From Candidatus Woesearchaeota archaeon (lineage in GTDB: Archaea > Nanobdellota > Nanobdellia > Woesearchaeales > JAHWHD01), in contig JAHWHG010000002.1 in NCBI GenBank assembly GCA_019323515.1, positions 18,316-82,315 on the forward strand: a stretch of 64,000 nt of DNA. Direction: 5' to 3'. Of the stretch, positions 61,350 to 64,000 are shown one piece after another. How positions within the stretch are numbered: the stretch's first letter is position 1; every line of letters starts with the position of its first letter. Below the pieces are notes generated by a model. That model was not told the DNA's origin and ran no database searches. It worked only from the letters and a program-made list of their open reading frames with translations. The translations under genes were made by a program, and so were the position numbers.

Positions 61350-62039
61350 ATGACAAGACGTGATCATAATCTCTTTTCCTTAAAAGTTTTTTTAAGCTAT
61401 GCTATTGCATTTTCAATAGGATTTTGGATTTCGACTCTTGTTACACCTTTTATTAATACTAATAATCAATTAGTAATATATATTATTACAGGGTTATTTC
61501 TTGAGCTATCTGCTAAAACTTGTCAAATGTTTTTGTATAATAAACCTAGAATTATTATAGATAAGGGGTTTTTACTTTGGGTATTTATTCATTCTAATCT
61601 CGCTTATGCTATTGTATACTTAGTTCAAAAGATTAACATTTCAACCAAATACTTATTTATTATTTCTGTTGGTTTAGGTATTACAGTAATCACTAATCTA
61701 ATTTGGAGAGTTATGTATAGTAGGAAGGGTTTTCATTCTCCCAACTTTAATTTGAGTTTATTTGAGTTGGTTAAAATACCTTTTGCTCTTTTTACAATCT
61801 TTATGACTTTAACCTCAATATACTTAACATTCACTAGTTTCTTATTTGGAGTGTTTATTCCTCCAATATTTTGTATAGCCATAGCAGGAAGCCTAATAAA
61901 GTATTTTGATAGAGATGCCAATGGAAAAAAGTTTTTATGGGACACTCTTGCTTTAGCAGGTGTGTTGTTGCTTTTAGTTGTTTTGTTTTTTTATCAAATG
62001 TTTGCACCTATATTTCGAACTCTTAGTGTTATAAAATGA
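61350..62039 (+). CDS. Polytopic membrane protein
   Basis: ORF track 229 aa with 6-7 hydrophobic spans. The DNA is visibly AT-rich. Confidence 0.5.
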   Translation: MTRRDHNLFSLKVFLSYAIAFSIGFWISTLVTPFINTNNQLVIYIITGLFLELSAKTCQMFLYNKPRIIIDKGFLLWVFIHSNLAYAIVYLVQKINISTKYLFIISVGLGITVITNLIWRVMYSRKGFHSPNFNLSLFELVKIPFALFTIFMTLTSIYLTFTSFLFGVFIPPIFCIAIAGSLIKYFDRDANGKKFLWDTLALAGVLLLLVVLFFYQMFAPIFRTLSVIK

Positions 62040-62269
62040 AGTTGAATGAATTTTTTGGAGATTTTTTAAATTACTATAAAATATTATTAATTGGTTTCCT
62101 TGGGGGAATTATAGCTTTTATCTTTTCATTTACTTTTCAAGATTTATTGAAACAGATGGTTATGTTTCAAGCATTCTTTTCTTCATTATTCTTGGCCTTG
62201 GTTTGGTCATTTTTTTTGGCATTTTTCTCATTTATAATAGTTAAGATATTGGGCATGAACTTTAAATAA
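62036..62269 (+). CDS. Small two-TM membrane protein
   Basis: ORF track 77 aa. ATGA overlap with the upstream gene. Confidence 0.45.
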   Translation: MKLNEFFGDFLNYYKILLIGFLGGIIAFIFSFTFQDLLKQMVMFQAFFSSLFLALVWSFFLAFFSFIIVKILGMNFK

Positions 62270-62337
62270 CCTAACTCTTCTCAATTTTCATATCTCTTTA
62301 ATAAAATATATAAATCTGTTCTACGTATATCTAAACT

Positions 62338-62598
62338 ATGGTTGAATCTAAAGAAGTTAGAAACAAATTACTCACAAGTCTTGCTTTAGATATATTAGGA
62401 TTTGCTTCATTTGTTTTTCCTATTATTGGGGGTTTTTCTGATATAGTATATGCGCCTATACAAGCTTGGTGGATTAAACATGCCTATGATAATACTGGCT
62501 TAGCAATATTAGGCTTTTTTGAAGAAGTTTTGCCGTTTACAGATATTATTCCTTCTTGTACTATTGCGCATTTTGTTGCTTATAGGTCTAAGAAATAA
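62338..62598 (+). CDS. Small membrane protein
   Basis: ORF track 86 aa with two hydrophobic spans. Confidence 0.45.
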   Translation: MVESKEVRNKLLTSLALDILGFASFVFPIIGGFSDIVYAPIQAWWIKHAYDNTGLAILGFFEEVLPFTDIIPSCTIAHFVAYRSKK

Positions 62599-62608
62599 TA
62601 ATTAATAT

Positions 62609-63154
62609 CTAACAATTTCCAAAGAACTTCTCACAAAACTTGCAATATTGAATAATAGTTTCTTTATCAGTCTCAAAGTCTTTACATCTATTAAGATACA
62701 TGAATTTTTTTCCTTTTTCAAGTTCTGAGGCTTTTTGAATTTTAATATGTTTTGGAGTTACAAGGATAAAATAAGCATTAGAATAAGGATAACGTCCTTT
62801 TCGTTTGTAATGTTTATTGAAATCAAATTCTCCACTTGTTCGATATTTAACTTCAACATATGCAATCTTTGAACCTTTAACAACAATAAAATCAGGCATT
62901 TTCCTTACTTCATTAGCAACAGGACCTTCTTTAGGTAAGATTCTACTTCCAAAACCTGGCACTGTATTTTCCATACCAAACCTGAAAACCCTATAATCCA
63001 AAGAAATAAACATTTCTTCTATTATAGCTTCAGCAATTCTGCCTTTAATGTAATTATCAGTGATTTCGTTTTTATCCTTTTTTTTAGATAATTTGTAGCA
63101 ATCTAAGCAAAGTTCGTACTTGCCAGAATCCTTGCCGCAGTTTTTGCAGTTCAA
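62609..63154 (-). CDS. Zinc-ribbon-flanked PD-(D/E)xK nuclease-like protein (putative restriction endonuclease)
   Basis: ORF track 181 aa with N-terminal CKNCGK...CLDCY, a core MPDFIVVKGSKIAYVEVKYR (PD...EVK) and C-terminal CKFCEKFFGNC. It is divergent from the methyltransferase gene. Confidence 0.5.
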   Translation of the reverse strand: MNCKNCGKDSGKYELCLDCYKLSKKKDKNEITDNYIKGRIAEAIIEEMFISLDYRVFRFGMENTVPGFGSRILPKEGPVANEVRKMPDFIVVKGSKIAYVEVKYRTSGEFDFNKHYKRKGRYPYSNAYFILVTPKHIKIQKASELEKGKKFMYLNRCKDFETDKETIIQYCKFCEKFFGNC

Positions 63155-63264
63155 TTTAATATTATTAAGGTGAGTATACTATAAAAATGTTTTTAAATAT
63201 GTTATCTATTTTAGTATATAAAAGATCGAAATCTATTTAAATTCCGGCTTGCTAATTTTTGTAT

Positions 63265-64000
63265 ATGCAAAAGAGTATACGTAATCTTATAAAAGGTGGC
63301 GGAAAAAGAGATATAAGAGAGATAGCTGGGCATAAAGTGCCTTATGAATGGAACCAGTTCTGGATCCAAAAGCAAAGGCAAGGACACAGCTTACATTACA
63401 TAGTGCCTTATCAGGCTTGTTTTGCGCCTCAGATACCTAAGTTCTTTATCAAGCGCTTTTCTAAGCCTGGAGATGTTGTATTAGATCCTTTTTGTGGTAG
63501 AGGGACTACAGTTTTTGAAGCTAATCAGATGAATAGGATAGGTATAGGTGTTGATATTTCTCCTTTAGCTTTAGCTATTGCAGAGTCAAAGATGAATAAT
63601 GTTACTTTGGAACAGGTTAAAGACAGGCTTAAAGAGATTGATTTTTCAAAAGAAGAACTTGAAGGGTATGAAGATTTTAAAGAGATTTATCATAAAAAGA
63701 CTTATTCTCAAATCATGAACTTACAGAAGCAGCTTACTGATTCTCCTGTTGATAAGCTGATTAGAGCAATAATCTTAGGTAGGTTGCATGGGCATTCTCA
63801 GGCTTTCTTTTCTGTCTGGACTTTTAATGTAATTTCATTATCAAAGAAGGCTATAATTGCTCAGTCTAAGAAAAGAGGCACTAAGCCTGAAAGTAGGGAT
63901 GTTGTTCCTAGAATACTGAAGAAGGCTGCTACAGTGCTTAGAGATCCTGTTAAAGAGAAAAGAGGTTCTAAGCTATATAGATTAGATATAGCTAAAGGTT
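63265..64000 (+). CDS. DNA (N6-adenine/N4-cytosine) methyltransferase, 5' part (continues beyond the window)
   Basis: My translation from ATG 63265 is MQKSIRNLIK...YQACFAPQIPKFFIKRFSKPGDVVLDPFCGRGTTVFEANQMNRIGIGVDISPLA. The SAM-binding FxGxG-type motif DPFCGRGTT lies near the N-terminus. The frame is open to the window end. Confidence 0.75.
   Translation, partial: MQKSIRNLIKGGGKRDIREIAGHKVPYEWNQFWIQKQRQGHSLHYIVPYQACFAPQIPKFFIKRFSKPGDVVLDPFCGRGTTVFEANQMNRIGIGVDISPLALAIAESKMNNVTLEQVKDRLKEIDFSKEELEGYEDFKEIYHKKTYSQIMNLQKQLTDSPVDKLIRAIILGRLHGHSQAFFSVWTFNVISLSKKAIIAQSKKRGTKPESRDVVPRILKKAATVLRDPVKEKRGSKLYRLDIAKG

Noticed and set aside
1-64000. CRISPR arrays, rRNA genes, transposases/integrases, reverse transcriptases (retron/DGR)
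   Set aside because: I found no regularly spaced direct repeats, no rRNA-like conserved stretches, and no ORF with DDE, tyrosine/serine recombinase or YxDD motifs while reading the translations.

Overview
Low-GC archaeal chromosome segment. The information-processing genes are clearly archaeal: family-B DNA polymerase, Orc1/Cdc6, a Gins51-like protein, aIF1A, aIF2-alpha, Nop10, LSm, and r-proteins S8e, S27e, L37e and L44e. Dense packing and many small proteins suggest a small-genome, DPANN-like lineage, but that is inference only. Positions 1 to about 45.9 kb are mostly core. They hold ileS, serS, the conserved L44e-S27e-aIF2alpha-Nop10-PAC2 operon, and a cell-surface/glycosylation block (S-layer-like protein, a sequon-rich beta-propeller protein, two paralogous glycosyltransferase-like genes). 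They also hold bacterial-type queA/queH and lspA/sppA, plus two intron-containing tRNA genes. From about 45.9 kb to 64 kb the content becomes accessory. The main items there are four paralogous Hanks-type protein kinases (three in a translationally coupled tandem array). Each kinase locus is paired with a Tiki/TraB/ChaN-superfamily protein, and the array also has a helical-repeat protein. Interspersed are Doc/RHH, HEPN/MNT and Fic genes, a nucleotidyltransferase-like gene and a restriction-modification pair. The most unusual non-coding signals are: (1) a ~135-nt highly structured repeat in two full copies plus a 28-nt partial copy, each fused to the same outward promoter; (2) a GGTTTTATCGWCGG / CGTCGG motif family upstream of the S-layer gene and two lysine-rich mini-protein genes; (3) identical hairpins bracketing the Fic gene. 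No CRISPR array, rRNA, integrase or transposase was recognised. All calls rest on reading the ORF translations and the DNA by eye; no database search or numerical composition analysis was possible.
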